64,000 nt of DNA, taken from positions 22,276 through 86,275 of IMG/VR virus record IMGVR_UViG_3300032226_000905; one strand, given 5' to 3'. Of this stretch, positions 29,120 to 39,299 are shown in pieces. The DNA comes from a virus. Taxonomy: Duplodnaviria; Caudoviricetes. Numbering within the stretch: position 1 is the stretch's first letter; each line of letters begins with the position of its first letter. The translations under genes were made by a program, and so were the position numbers. The notes below the pieces were generated by a model that saw only the letters and a program-made list of their open reading frames with translations, searched no databases and was not told the origin of the DNA.

Positions 29120-29924
29120 CTACATATGGATCCGTTATATCATGTGGATTTGGATCACCGTGAAACACACAGATTGAACAGCCTTTCGGAATAGTTACAT
29201 CTCTTGCTGTTTTAAAAAATCTACGGCCGCCACCCATAGTCAGTTCGGACCGATTTCGAATTTCCCATTTGTAGCTCTGTATCCAAATTTCTGGAAAAAA
29301 TTTAATCCTTGTTTTGGCTACTTGCCAGATCCAATCTTGATCACCGTGTAATCTCTGAGCTCGGCTCTGATCATTTTTGAACACAGTGTAGATATCTGGA
29401 TGCAGACCAGCTGGCCAAGTCATGACAGAACTGTTGAGAATATTCCATTTAGGATTGAATTTTCTGTTGAAATCTCTGATTCCTAGAAACTCTTGTCCCT
29501 GATCTAAAACTAATTTATTGATATTGTCGTGAATAATTACATCGAGATCCATATACAATATCCTACCCGGTAATTTTAAATCGGGATCGAACATGTGTAC
29601 CTTGTGCCACCAACCTTTAACGTATCCCTGATTAGGATACACAAGACTCTTCACTCCGTCGATGGGATGTTGATCATCGGTTAGGCAATAGAATTCATAG
29701 GGGATAGTTAGATGTCTCGAAACCATATTGCGAAGTTTTTCCACATAGTCGCGACCGTATTTGGTTCCGAATCTCACACATAGCACAGAAATAGGAGGCC
29801 CATTGTATTCTAGTTTAGGCTCTTGAATTATGGGAGCCGGTACAGGCACATCATCCGGAAGATGTCCAAATCTTTTATAATGCTGCCACTGTTCTTTAGT
29901 TAGACCTTCTTTTGACAACTTCAT
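29103..29924 (-). CDS. Glycosyltransferase (GT-A fold, GT8-like)
   Basis: [16 protein letters not shown] (DxD), NSSVM, HGDQDWI, FHGDPNP. Confidence 0.8.
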   Translation of the reverse strand: MKLSKEGLTKEQWQHYKRFGHLPDDVPVPAPIIQEPKLEYNGPPISVLCVRFGTKYGRDYVEKLRNMVSRHLTIPYEFYCLTDDQHPIDGVKSLVYPNQGYVKGWWHKVHMFDPDLKLPGRILYMDLDVIIHDNINKLVLDQGQEFLGIRDFNRKFNPKWNILNSSVMTWPAGLHPDIYTVFKNDQSRAQRLHGDQDWIWQVAKTRIKFFPEIWIQSYKWEIRNRSELTMGGGRRFFKTARDVTIPKGCSICVFHGDPNPHDITDPYVVDNWR

Positions 29925-30729
29925 CTATGGCCACCAATTCTTCTAATATATTTTTTAATTTGTCTAAGTGAACCATATTAGGTCCATCACTAGGAGCTGC
30001 ATCGGGATTTTCGTGAGTTTCCATAAACACACCAGCAATACATCCTGTGGCTACAGCCGCCCTCGCCAAGTATGGGACCATAGTTCGATCACCGCCGGAT
30101 CGTTCTCCCATTCCCCCAGGCTGTTGGACAGAATGAGTGGCATCAAAGACCACTGGATACCCGGTGCTTGCCATAATGGGTAGACTACGCATATCAACAA
30201 CAAGATTATTATATCCATGAGTGTATCCTCTTTCACATAACATAATACGTTCATTTCCAGTTGAGGCAATTTTTGCCGCAACGTTCTTCATATCGTGGGG
30301 TGCAAGAAATTGCCCTTTCTTGACATTGATAGCACATCCAGTTTCACCTGCGGCTAGTAATAGATCAGTCTGTCTACATAGGAATGCTGGTATCTGTAGT
30401 ACATCAATGCCAGCATCTGCAACTAATTGTGCTTGATATGATTCATGAATATCAGTTAGAACGGGAATTCCAAATTCATGTTTGATTGAATTTAAAATTT
30501 TAAGTCCTTCGTCAATACCTATTCCTCTTTTAGTAGAGATGCTAGATCTATTAGCTTTGTCAAAACTGCTTTTGTAAACTAAATCGATATCTAATTCGTC
30601 GCAGATTTCTTTTATACTACCTGCTAAAAATTCGGCATGACTCTGACTTTCAATTTGGCAGGGTCCGGCTATAATAAAGATTTTATTATCGTTGCCGGCA
30701 ACGATTCGATTGATAGAAAGTGATTTCAC
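29896..30729 (-). CDS. kdsA: KDO-8-phosphate synthase
   Basis: [58 protein letters not shown]. Confidence 0.96.
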   Translation of the reverse strand: MKSLSINRIVAGNDNKIFIIAGPCQIESQSHAEFLAGSIKEICDELDIDLVYKSSFDKANRSSISTKRGIGIDEGLKILNSIKHEFGIPVLTDIHESYQAQLVADAGIDVLQIPAFLCRQTDLLLAAGETGCAINVKKGQFLAPHDMKNVAAKIASTGNERIMLCERGYTHGYNNLVVDMRSLPIMASTGYPVVFDATHSVQQPGGMGERSGGDRTMVPYLARAAVATGCIAGVFMETHENPDAAPSDGPNMVHLDKLKNILEELVAIDEVVKRRSN

Positions 30730-30736
30730 AGAATAT

Positions 30737-30928
30737 TTACCAGTGTCTAATTACGTTTACAATAATAAACAAACAAGTGATCACATGAATTATTACCCAA
30801 AATGTTTTAAGAAATAATGCAATTCTTGCTTCACGTATAGTAAGAATAGGAACATCCGGACGATCTTCGTCCGTCTGCCCCATTAGATGCCCAGTTGCCC
30901 GAGCCCATATACGTTCAAAACTATTCAT
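30737..30928 (-). CDS. Small membrane protein
   Basis: 63 aa with a C-terminal hydrophobic helix. Confidence 0.55.
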   Translation of the reverse strand: MNSFERIWARATGHLMGQTDEDRPDVPILTIREARIALFLKTFWVIIHVITCLFIIVNVIRHW

Positions 30929-31449
30929 CCTTCGTATGTGGCTGAGTTGCCTGCATGTTCAAATACTTCTACTGAACGAAGACGAACACCTCGCCCAACA
31001 GGATATCGTGCTTCAAATATACGACCATCAGGATGTGTCCAGCCATCGCCTGTTTGATAAGAATTGAGTATTTCGTTCATTGTACGATACGCTAGTTCAG
31101 CAAACTTTTCACAGCCCACAGCTTCTACGATACGTAGGTCACAAATGCCACCATCGGCCTGTTTGCCTAATTTGGCCATTTGTTTGAAAAGTTCTAAATG
31201 AGGGTCGTCTGAACCTACACACAGAGTATGATCAAACTGCCACTCCGACCATTCTTTGAATGCTTTGAGTCCACCGAAGTCCATGACCCAATTACGATCG
31301 TCTAGGGTTTCTGATTCAAAGATTAGTTTGATACCGATTGAGTATCCGTGTAGTAATGAGCAATGACTGTGAGTTGATCGCCATTGTCTAAAACAGCATG
31401 ACAGGCCTCTGTCATTGCCGTAGGTTTTTGTTGAAAGATATTTCGCCAT
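30925..31449 (-). CDS. queD: 6-pyruvoyl/6-carboxy-tetrahydropterin synthase (QueD/PTPS)
   Basis: HCSLLHGY, WVMDFGGLK, FDHT, CEKFAE, VFEH; start reassigned to MAKYLS after SD GGAGG. Confidence 0.85.
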   Translation of the reverse strand: MAKYLSTKTYGNDRGLSCCFRQWRSTHSHCSLLHGYSIGIKLIFESETLDDRNWVMDFGGLKAFKEWSEWQFDHTLCVGSDDPHLELFKQMAKLGKQADGGICDLRIVEAVGCEKFAELAYRTMNEILNSYQTGDGWTHPDGRIFEARYPVGRGVRLRSVEVFEHAGNSATYEG

Positions 31450-31545
31450 CTCTTGCCTCCTATGCATAAAGCGAGTAAGTTTGATGACATGCAGAATTTA
31501 TAAAGCGGGTTGAATGCCATGGAAGACCGCTGATGAACTATTATA
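31450..31545 (-). promoter_or_regulatory. Candidate riboswitch-like structured leader of queD
   Basis: Stem AGCGG/CCGCU; loop contains CUUCC complementary to SD GGAGG; second stem UGCAU/AUGCA; TAAATA box at 31551-31556. Confidence 0.4.
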
Positions 31546-32169
31546 AGATATATTTAACGTAAATGCAACATCAAATGTTGAAATGCGGACATTCTTTTTT
31601 CGCCATTCTTCGGGGCACTGCCATTCTTTGAAATTGATAATATTGAACTCGGTGTCAGGATAATAATGAAATACTCGCTCGATCTGATATCTCCAATATG
31701 AAGGATCTACGGCCGTTGATGCAGAACTGGAATAGTTGTCAGTATCTCTGTAAATATTATTGACACGACCCTGCCTTCCGTAGAGATCCATCCCAACGAT
31801 ATCTATAGATTTAAATCCAAGCCTGGCTGCTAAAAGAACTGCATACGGGCCACTGCCCCAATGTTCTGGATTATCGGGACGGTGTTTACTCTGATAGGGC
31901 AATTCGGGTAATAGTTTTACATTTTTATTTTTTTCTATCTTACGGAAATAATGATGCCAGTGATTTCTTACATAGATTGTAGTAGAGTCTGTATTGGGAT
32001 TTTCTAAAGCTTCTCTCACCATTCTTTGGTCACAGCAGATTAAATGATCTACAATAAGATCTCTATGCACGGCATTGCAACCGATCAATGTGTGAGTATT
32101 TTTTAGTAGAGAAATATCAAGACTTTTACGACTTTCGCCGTTGCCGATGACTAGGGCTTTTGAGCCCAT
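31498..32169 (-). CDS. Maf/MptE-like or GT42-like (sialyltransferase-fold) protein
   Basis: IGNGES, IGCNA, SGPYA, LGFKSIDIVGMD; start reassigned to MGSKAL. Confidence 0.6.
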   Translation of the reverse strand: MGSKALVIGNGESRKSLDISLLKNTHTLIGCNAVHRDLIVDHLICCDQRMVREALENPNTDSTTIYVRNHWHHYFRKIEKNKNVKLLPELPYQSKHRPDNPEHWGSGPYAVLLAARLGFKSIDIVGMDLYGRQGRVNNIYRDTDNYSSSASTAVDPSYWRYQIERVFHYYPDTEFNIINFKEWQCPEEWRKKNVRISTFDVAFTLNISYNSSSAVFHGIQPAL

Positions 32170-32170
32170 A

Positions 32171-33046
32171 TTATCCTCTTTCTTTGATCTCGCCGAATGG
32201 ATACCAGCTGCCTGGGTTTCCTGCACGTAGGCAGATCCAACCTACGTTTCTTCCTACAGTAGGATTGGTATTCCAGATGATGTCGGAGACATTATGATTG
32301 CCTTCTCTAGGAGGTTCAGAAGCGTAGCTATGTAGACGATTTCCAAATCGTATTGAGCCTGCCACATGTAAATCCACAGCAGGATCAGGGTTAGTTACAC
32401 CCACGGCAAGTTTTCCGTTGATAGATACTTGAACAGGATTTCTATTGAGATTTCCTAATTGTATATTACCGCTGGCAGAGACAGTGATTCTAGGCGTGTT
32501 ATCTGTGACTATATTAAAGTCTGTAGAAGCAAAAGTACCTACCATTCCCTGCATATTGCCAGTGGTACCTAGCATTACTTCTATGCCCATTTCTGCGACA
32601 CTGAATCCTGCGTTAGGCGCTTCTGTTCCAAGCCCCAGACGATCACAGGCTGCGTTATAGAATAGATACTGATTGATACTAACAGAACCGTCTACGATCA
32701 ATCCTCTGAGTCTTCCTACAGACTGAAGGCTGCTTTTTGTAACAGTATTGCCTAACTCGATTTCACTTAAAACAGGCACTCCACCGATAGAAAATGTTTT
32801 TTTATTATCAAGATCGATGCTTTCTGATGAGAAGAATCTATCAGGATGGCTGTTGTAAACAAATTGTTTGGTGTATCCTTGACCGCTCCAGATTACGCCT
32901 TTACCATAATTATCAGTGCCTTTTTTAGCACGAAATTCAAGAAATTGTGTTATTTCTTGGGCTACAGGTCGATGAGCTGCATCAGCTAGATCTTTGATGA
33001 TCTGATTGAGGTCTGTTAGGGATTGATCTAAATTGGCATTGTTCAT
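32171..33046 (-). CDS. Putative fibre/structural protein
   Basis: RLGLGTEAP and KLAVGVTNP..DLHVAG fibre-type repeats; late box at 33052-33057. Confidence 0.55.
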   Translation of the reverse strand: MNNANLDQSLTDLNQIIKDLADAAHRPVAQEITQFLEFRAKKGTDNYGKGVIWSGQGYTKQFVYNSHPDRFFSSESIDLDNKKTFSIGGVPVLSEIELGNTVTKSSLQSVGRLRGLIVDGSVSINQYLFYNAACDRLGLGTEAPNAGFSVAEMGIEVMLGTTGNMQGMVGTFASTDFNIVTDNTPRITVSASGNIQLGNLNRNPVQVSINGKLAVGVTNPDPAVDLHVAGSIRFGNRLHSYASEPPREGNHNVSDIIWNTNPTVGRNVGWICLRAGNPGSWYPFGEIKERG

Positions 33047-33074
33047 ACCAATATTTATCACTCGCTAACAGAAT

Positions 33075-34268
33075 CTATGATTGTACTTTTAGCAGAATAG
33101 TATCTTCGTTGATACGTCCGTTGAGCTTGATATCTACTGCTTTAATGTCATCAAGAAACTTACGAAGTTGTACTTTACCAGCCGCTTTGAACTCTTTTAA
33201 CTGCTCTTCAGGCTTACGCAGAGTCTTTTGCACAGATTTATACTCGTCAAACCCGGTGATTGATGTGCCTTTGACTCCTAGATCAGAGAATTCTCCTGCG
33301 ATATATTTGCCTAATTTACGGGTCTTGATGTTGAAAATCCACAGTTCTTTAGCACCAATAATGTCTGTAGGGTTGATAGACACTAATTTTAGTGGCTCGT
33401 TGGTTTTGGAATATTTCAATTTAGCCACGAGTTTTTCCGCAGGAACTGATTTTTTAGCACGGGGTTTTTTATTGATCTTGGCTTCCTGCATCAGCATACC
33501 GCAGGCTGAAAGTATTTCGTTATAAAATGCCGAGATTTTTTTGATATGTGCTTTGCTCAAATGGCTGTAGCCTTCTTTAAGTTGATCGCACTTTCCTTCA
33601 AGTACTTCTAGATATTCGTCGTGCTGTCGCTGATATATATCTCGGATAATTCTAGCATGAGCAGCCTTAGCTTGCTTGCCTTTGAGCAAATTTAGGATTT
33701 TAAATGCTTTGGGATCAAATGCTTCTGGATCTTGGCTAAAGTTTTCTAATGTATCTTCGATTTCTTCGGTCATTTTGTAAGAAGCTTCGCGGAGTCGATC
33801 TTGAATAGTGATCTGAGGAACTGCAGGTTTGTCTTCTTCTACGACTTCGGGTTCAGCATCATTTTTGCCATCCTCGATGATCTTAGAGATCTGTTCTCCT
33901 AACCACTGTGCGGTATTTCGGCCGTCATTGAAGTCGGTACGTATTGGAGGCATGCCTTTGAGTAGATTGGCCGCGATAGATCCCATAGTAGAATTACAGC
34001 GAAAATCTTTGGTATCTTTGAATGCTTTGATTTGATCCTTAGTATACCCACTGGAGCTCATCCAACTAATGACCTTAGGTTTAAGGTCTCGCCCATTGAA
34101 TTCCAAACGATAATAATCCATAGATAAACGGAAATGACGATGAAATTGATCAGTATTCCAAGCTTCGTGTCCGTCCCATTTTGGACTCAGATCTTTAACA
34201 GATTTGAAACGGTGTTCTGCTACTTGTTTTTTAGTAATACGAGTTTTGGTTGCGGCTTTGGCCATCAT
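33075..34268 (-). CDS. Conserved hypothetical T4-like phage protein
   Basis: 397-aa ORF behind a sigma70-type promoter. Confidence 0.6.
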   Translation of the reverse strand: MMAKAATKTRITKKQVAEHRFKSVKDLSPKWDGHEAWNTDQFHRHFRLSMDYYRLEFNGRDLKPKVISWMSSSGYTKDQIKAFKDTKDFRCNSTMGSIAANLLKGMPPIRTDFNDGRNTAQWLGEQISKIIEDGKNDAEPEVVEEDKPAVPQITIQDRLREASYKMTEEIEDTLENFSQDPEAFDPKAFKILNLLKGKQAKAAHARIIRDIYQRQHDEYLEVLEGKCDQLKEGYSHLSKAHIKKISAFYNEILSACGMLMQEAKINKKPRAKKSVPAEKLVAKLKYSKTNEPLKLVSINPTDIIGAKELWIFNIKTRKLGKYIAGEFSDLGVKGTSITGFDEYKSVQKTLRKPEEQLKEFKAAGKVQLRKFLDDIKAVDIKLNGRINEDTILLKVQS

Positions 34269-34287
34269 CTGCTCCTATGGTGTAAGT

Positions 34288-34503
34288 TTATAATGTTATT
34301 ATAGCACCATTATCATCAATGGTCAACCGTTCTACTTCATCCATATCTCCGTCTTGAGTTTCTGAAAGTATAAAAATCTCTCCGCCTAATTCTTCTAAGG
34401 TTTTTTCGGCTAACTGTTTGGCCTCTTTAAGGCTTTTAGTAGTGTCGACAAGTTCTTCGTGGCCCTCGTCGTTATGCCATACTTCGTAAAGTTCCCATCT
34501 CAT
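34288..34503 (-). CDS. Hypothetical protein
   Basis: Acidic small ORF; likely start MRWELY. Confidence 0.5.
   Translation of the reverse strand: MRWELYEVWHNDEGHEELVDTTKSLKEAKQLAEKTLEELGGEIFILSETQDGDMDEVERLTIDDNGAIITL
34298..34326 (-). promoter_or_regulatory. Sigma70-type promoter
   Basis: TTGACC-17nt-TATAAT. Confidence 0.8.
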
Positions 34504-34513
34504 TTTGGGGTTA

Positions 34514-35080
34514 TTAGTCTCCGTTAAATTTTTCCCAATCTCCACCAGGCGCTATTGCCCAGCCAAGACGCTGGAGATCATTCCGGATCTCGTCGGTGAT
34601 ATAACCTTCAGGAACATATTTACGCTGATTCCATAATTTTTCAGAATCTTCGTCCTGATAATCATTTCGAATGCCCGAACAATACCAATCTATATAGTCG
34701 CCTTGTTGTCGCATGTCTGCTATTATGCCGCCAGAGTGTCTCCAAGAACATGACCATTCTTGTTGTTTAAGGATAGGAATCACATCTAATTTAATGAATC
34801 CGTTATTACACATAGACGCATATAGATGCTGAGCGTAGGAATCATCGCCACGAACTTTCTCTAGAATCCAATCAGTAGTTAGAAGATCGTATTCCATATT
34901 GTTGACACGACTTTGGGGATCGTTAAACTTATTTTTATGTTCTTCTAAGACTTGTTCGAACCAATCAAGATAATTTTTGTTGATAGGTTCGCCTTTTTCT
35001 TCCTGTCGTTTAACATAGCCGCCCTTTTGGAAGCTATGTCGGTCAGGACTCTTACTGGGATTCTTCATACGACTTGACAA
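34514..35080 (-). CDS. Hypothetical protein
   Basis: 188-aa ORF. Confidence 0.6.
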   Translation of the reverse strand: MSSRMKNPSKSPDRHSFQKGGYVKRQEEKGEPINKNYLDWFEQVLEEHKNKFNDPQSRVNNMEYDLLTTDWILEKVRGDDSYAQHLYASMCNNGFIKLDVIPILKQQEWSCSWRHSGGIIADMRQQGDYIDWYCSGIRNDYQDEDSEKLWNQRKYVPEGYITDEIRNDLQRLGWAIAPGGDWEKFNGD

Positions 35081-36311
35081 TTCTATTCATAGACACTTCT
35101 GGATCCCATTCTTTACAATATTTTTTACGATTAGCACGACCTTCTTTGGTATTTGGATCATAGTCAACCCATGAAAACTCTGTGCCATCACATTCTGGGC
35201 AGTGACTATTGTAATCATCATCTTCACGCATATCGCTACGCATACCTACCCAACCGCATTCTTTGTTATCACAGATAGCATCCACGGGCTCGGGAGGTTG
35301 ATTGACCCATGAGCTTGTGTCCCAATTGTACCCGCTCCAGGTTTCTACCCCAGCGATTGATTTAAACTTGCCGTGTTCCCATTCACCAAACTCTGTGCCA
35401 TTCCAATATGCTGTGCCATATGTTGTTCCGTAACTTTTCCAAACACAGCTGTACCAACCTTCTATTGTAGGTTTGACTTTTTTAAACTTAAAAGTTTCAG
35501 ACTTTTCCCATTCACTTGGACTTGTACCAATTGGGGGATGTCCCCAATCCTTTTCTTCGGGCTCATAGCGTTCAAAATTTCCTTTGTCGTCGATGAGGCG
35601 AACCATGATCATGTCCGAACTTTTTCCGTCGGTACTGCCACCGTTGTTGTCGATCTCTTCTCCGTCGTACATCACTGAGTTGATTATTTCTTCACCGTCT
35701 ACTTCGTCATAGTAGAGTTCTAGTTTTTCAATATCAAACGGTGCTCGTAGTTCAAACTCTCCCTCAAAGAATGTTCCTTTCTCGTTTGAACTACCAATAA
35801 ACACCACTTCGCCTTTTTTGCGCATACCAACCCAAATTTCGTCTTGACAGCTCCAGGCTGGACTCCCATCACCACCATCGCAGTCATCAAAACTTTTTTG
35901 GAAAATTGTATCGCCGTTTTCATCTTCGATCTGTACGGTTCCGGCGCTTCGACTCACTCCATTGATGTGTGCCATATTATCTGTTTCATACCACTGTCCG
36001 GGTGTAAACGGTAACTGATCTAGATCCAAGTCCATTTCTTCTTGAACAGTGTCTTCATCGCTCCAGGCTATTTCCTGCAGGTCTACCGAGTTCTCCATAC
36101 AGTAATCCCAGACCTTGGGATCTACTGTACCCATGACTTTTTCGCCACCATAACCCCACATCGAAATCTTGTAGGTTCTAGGAGTGAACTTTAAAACTTC
36201 AATGAGTTTTTGTTGTTCGGCTATCTTCTGTACTTCTAATTCTTCGGAAGTTGGCTCCGGCGCATCGCCTGGCGAAAAAGGCCAAGAGCCTTTAGGATTA
36301 GTGGTTGTCAT
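35052..36311 (-). CDS. Acidic hypothetical protein with a C-terminal Zn ribbon
   Basis: CDNKECGW...CPECD. Confidence 0.6.
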   Translation of the reverse strand: MTTTNPKGSWPFSPGDAPEPTSEELEVQKIAEQQKLIEVLKFTPRTYKISMWGYGGEKVMGTVDPKVWDYCMENSVDLQEIAWSDEDTVQEEMDLDLDQLPFTPGQWYETDNMAHINGVSRSAGTVQIEDENGDTIFQKSFDDCDGGDGSPAWSCQDEIWVGMRKKGEVVFIGSSNEKGTFFEGEFELRAPFDIEKLELYYDEVDGEEIINSVMYDGEEIDNNGGSTDGKSSDMIMVRLIDDKGNFERYEPEEKDWGHPPIGTSPSEWEKSETFKFKKVKPTIEGWYSCVWKSYGTTYGTAYWNGTEFGEWEHGKFKSIAGVETWSGYNWDTSSWVNQPPEPVDAICDNKECGWVGMRSDMREDDDYNSHCPECDGTEFSWVDYDPNTKEGRANRKKYCKEWDPEVSMNRIVKSYEESQ

Positions 36312-36775
36312 ACATATTCTCCTTCGTTTGCAATTTTAGATGTTGCCTTTTGTTTTGAATTACTTTTACTTCGAAATGTTTTTACATCATTGATAGCTGA
36401 TTTAATGGTCTCTGAATAATTCAATGCCTGTTGTTCGGACATAGTGATAGTGGTTTCAGTTCTGACGTATCCTCGAGTCCATATCTCCCAGGTCATTTTA
36501 ACACGACGAACAAACCCATTGAACAGATCTTTCCAAAACCAATCCCATTCCTGCACCCAGATAGTATCAATGTCATAGCGTTTTTTTACTGATTCTGACC
36601 AATAATTAGATTTAACTATGACGTAGGCATTGACATTTACTCCAGTGTCGCCTGCTTCAACTTCAAAGTCGATGTCGTGATCGGGTTGACCGCAACCGCA
36701 GACTACTTTATAAAACTTTGAATCACCGTATTCGCCGGTCTTCATGATGCCTTCTGCTGGAGTTTCTACTTTCAA
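36308..36775 (-). CDS. Hypothetical protein
   Basis: 155-aa ORF with a CGC..DH motif. Confidence 0.55.
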   Translation of the reverse strand: MKVETPAEGIMKTGEYGDSKFYKVVCGCGQPDHDIDFEVEAGDTGVNVNAYVIVKSNYWSESVKKRYDIDTIWVQEWDWFWKDLFNGFVRRVKMTWEIWTRGYVRTETTITMSEQQALNYSETIKSAINDVKTFRSKSNSKQKATSKIANEGEYV

Positions 36776-37017
36776 TGGTAATGTCCCTGTTCTGGTTTTA
36801 ATTCTATTACTTTATCTCGGCTATTAGAAATACTGTCAATCATCTTATTATATTCGCTGTCGTCTAACACTGTTTTATAAATGCTCATAGATTGTGCGAC
36901 AAGAATGGCTGCGATCTCAATAGGTGAGTGTCCTTTGTCAATCATAGAAGAATGTATGACCCAATAATCTTGATAGAGATTATCTAAATCAGTATTTGTA
37001 TTTTTTTCGGCGTTCAT
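36772..37017 (-). CDS. Hypothetical protein
   Basis: 81-aa ORF. Confidence 0.5.
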   Translation of the reverse strand: MNAEKNTNTDLDNLYQDYWVIHSSMIDKGHSPIEIAAILVAQSMSIYKTVLDDSEYNKMIDSISNSRDKVIELKPEQGHYH

Positions 37018-37183
37018 TTTCGTCTCTTTCTTTTATTATTTGATGTCTGTATTCTCTCCGTAACCACCATTTAAACTTTTGAAAATATTCTCGTTCAGTG
37101 AGCCTATCACCATCGTGATACAGCAGCCGCTCTTCACAGTTCTCGACCCAAAGATGATGTATCCAGTGTCTAAATGGAGTCAC
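36989..37183 (-). CDS. Hypothetical protein
   Basis: 64-aa Trp/Arg-rich ORF. Confidence 0.5.
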   Translation of the reverse strand: MTPFRHWIHHLWVENCEERLLYHDGDRLTEREYFQKFKWWLRREYRHQIIKERDENERRKKYKY

Positions 37184-37185
37184 GA

Positions 37186-38001
37186 TTATGTCCAGAGGCT
37201 CTGACGTACTTTGATTAAACGAATCATCATTTCTTCATCTTCTTGTTCGTATTGTGCTTCCAACTCACGGCTTTTGTCAAGAGCAGTCTTGCACATTTCG
37301 GCTTCTTCTGCGGTTTTATCTTCCATATCGAGGAGATGATAACCTTTTTCACGACGTAGATTGCAGTAGGATGTCCATCCGCTGGCATCATGAACGTCTG
37401 GACGTTTTGGATAAACATCTTTCCACCAACGATATAGTTCTAGTATTTCTCTAGCAGCCTTGGCCTGATAGGTAGGCTCAGCTAGATGCTTCTCACCATC
37501 TTCCAAAAACTCTTCGTTGGTTAGAGTCATTGCCCATTCTAGATAAGCAATACCTGCTTCAGGACAACGCCAGTTGCGATACCATCTGCGCCACCAAGGG
37601 TAACTATATTTTTTCTTATCTTCATTGCTCCAGACACAGTAATGCCATGCCTGTTCTATCTCGACAAAATCCACAAGTCCATTAAAAAGGCAGGGAAGAA
37701 AACGATTTCCCACATCATGCCATTGGCCGGGAGCAATATCCCGAGGATGGGCTGTAAGAGCATGACTACGGGTAACCCAACGATTGTTGATATAGTAGCG
37801 TATATCGTTTAACCTTTCTGGAATCCAGCACCAAACATTTTGAATTTTATCCAAACCTTCTTCAGCGATCCACCAACGGATCGGATACTTGGCCTTAGCG
37901 GCCTTTTCCCATTCTGACCATTGTTTTCCTGTGCCGCACTTTAGCTTAGTGGTGCCACGGATCCAATCGGCAAATGGAGAGCATGTCCAATAATCTCTCA
38001 T
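37186..38001 (-). CDS. Hypothetical Trp-rich protein
   Basis: 271-aa ORF behind a consensus sigma70 promoter. Confidence 0.6.
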   Translation of the reverse strand: MRDYWTCSPFADWIRGTTKLKCGTGKQWSEWEKAAKAKYPIRWWIAEEGLDKIQNVWCWIPERLNDIRYYINNRWVTRSHALTAHPRDIAPGQWHDVGNRFLPCLFNGLVDFVEIEQAWHYCVWSNEDKKKYSYPWWRRWYRNWRCPEAGIAYLEWAMTLTNEEFLEDGEKHLAEPTYQAKAAREILELYRWWKDVYPKRPDVHDASGWTSYCNLRREKGYHLLDMEDKTAEEAEMCKTALDKSRELEAQYEQEDEEMMIRLIKVRQSLWT

Positions 38002-38038
38002 TATAATTCCTTCTCAGACTTTGTAGTCGAACACTTTA

Positions 38039-38067
38039 ATTATACGATCTTTTAGAAAATCTGTCAA
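38039..38067 (-). promoter_or_regulatory. Sigma70-type promoter
   Basis: TTGACA-17nt-TATAAT. Confidence 0.85.
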
Positions 38068-38073
38068 GACCTC

Positions 38074-38742
38074 TCAATTTTGGATCAGACTATCAGCCAT
38101 AGGAAATATCGCCGAAATTGCCTTGGCACAGGCCAACGCTATCAGCTGGTGTTCTTTCTGTGTGCCGTTAGCTGAACGCAGCTCAATAAAGTGTATCCAT
38201 GAGCGTAGTGTTCCATTCATATACAAGCGACTTTCTATAAGGCCTTCTGGTAGAACAGCTCGGGCCTGTTCTTTGGCTATGCCTTTAGCGATAGCCCATT
38301 GATAGGCACTTCTTGCGTAGTCAATGACCTGCTGTTGCTGATATTCCCAATCTCGTTGTAGGCGTTGATCATCCGTTTTGACTGAGTTCTGTCTGTTTTT
38401 TGGGTCTTGAAGTCGTGCTTCTCTAACCACGAACGAGAGGTCTTGAGTAGGGTCAGCATATCGCTGACTGAATTCTTGAAAACTGAAACTTCTGTGTCGC
38501 AGGATCTGTCGGGCGATGTCTCTAGTAGTTTCGATTTCAACGCAGGCTGAGACCATTTCAAGTGGGCTCCAGTGTTGGTGTTTGACCAGGTATCGGATGA
38601 GTTTGTCTGATGTCTCGGTGTTAAATTGGTTTGCGGGATTGCTGACACGGGCGCAATACGCAATGAGTTCCTGCGCATCTGTGATGCCCAGATCTGCAAA
38701 TTCTGATGTTGGTTGTGAATAGGATACCAAACGTACATTCAT
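38074..38742 (-). CDS. thyX: Flavin-dependent thymidylate synthase
   Basis: HWSPLE, RQILRHRSFSFQEFSQRY, RAVLP, LRSWIHFIELR. Confidence 0.95.
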   Translation of the reverse strand: MNVRLVSYSQPTSEFADLGITDAQELIAYCARVSNPANQFNTETSDKLIRYLVKHQHWSPLEMVSACVEIETTRDIARQILRHRSFSFQEFSQRYADPTQDLSFVVREARLQDPKNRQNSVKTDDQRLQRDWEYQQQQVIDYARSAYQWAIAKGIAKEQARAVLPEGLIESRLYMNGTLRSWIHFIELRSANGTQKEHQLIALACAKAISAIFPMADSLIQN

Positions 38743-39296
38743 TATTTTTCCTTTATAATAATATCAAAGTTTACCACAGACCTAGGATATTTTTTAGGAA
38801 TACCTCCTCCATGATAAAGTGTGCCATCGAATACCAGCACTCTTCCTTTTTTAGGACTAACTCGTTGGGTAATATTTCCCTGGCTGTCAAAAAAAACAGT
38901 ATCTCCGTCGCTGTCGTTTAGATAGTATAGTACTACCATATGAGGAAAATTGCAATCCACGTGTGGTGCATAATGTTCTAATTTTGTTTCATAGGGCAGT
39001 ATCAGATACAATCTTGCTAATATAACTGCCTTGAGAATCCAATCAAAATGATCGCAGACTATCTGCGGTATAAGACCAAAATTTTCAAGATGCGAACTGG
39101 TCTGTGTATCTGATTTAAGGACATGCACAAAACTGATAGGATTACTTCCGTCCTCTAACGCTGTTGATTCGTACTTGACTTTAAAATCGATCATAGGATG
39201 CATAACTTCGTCATCCACAGAAGTTCGACCTAGAGTGATCAACTCAAAATAATCCTGCAGATGTTTTGGAATCAGATCATCAAATACTTGAATCAT
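38742..39296 (-). CDS. 2OG-Fe(II) oxygenase
   Basis: PHVD...YYLNDSDGDT..F...PKKGR.LVFDG..YH. Confidence 0.8.
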   Translation of the reverse strand: MIQVFDDLIPKHLQDYFELITLGRTSVDDEVMHPMIDFKVKYESTALEDGSNPISFVHVLKSDTQTSSHLENFGLIPQIVCDHFDWILKAVILARLYLILPYETKLEHYAPHVDCNFPHMVVLYYLNDSDGDTVFFDSQGNITQRVSPKKGRVLVFDGTLYHGGGIPKKYPRSVVNFDIIIKEK

Positions 39297-39299
39297 TGA

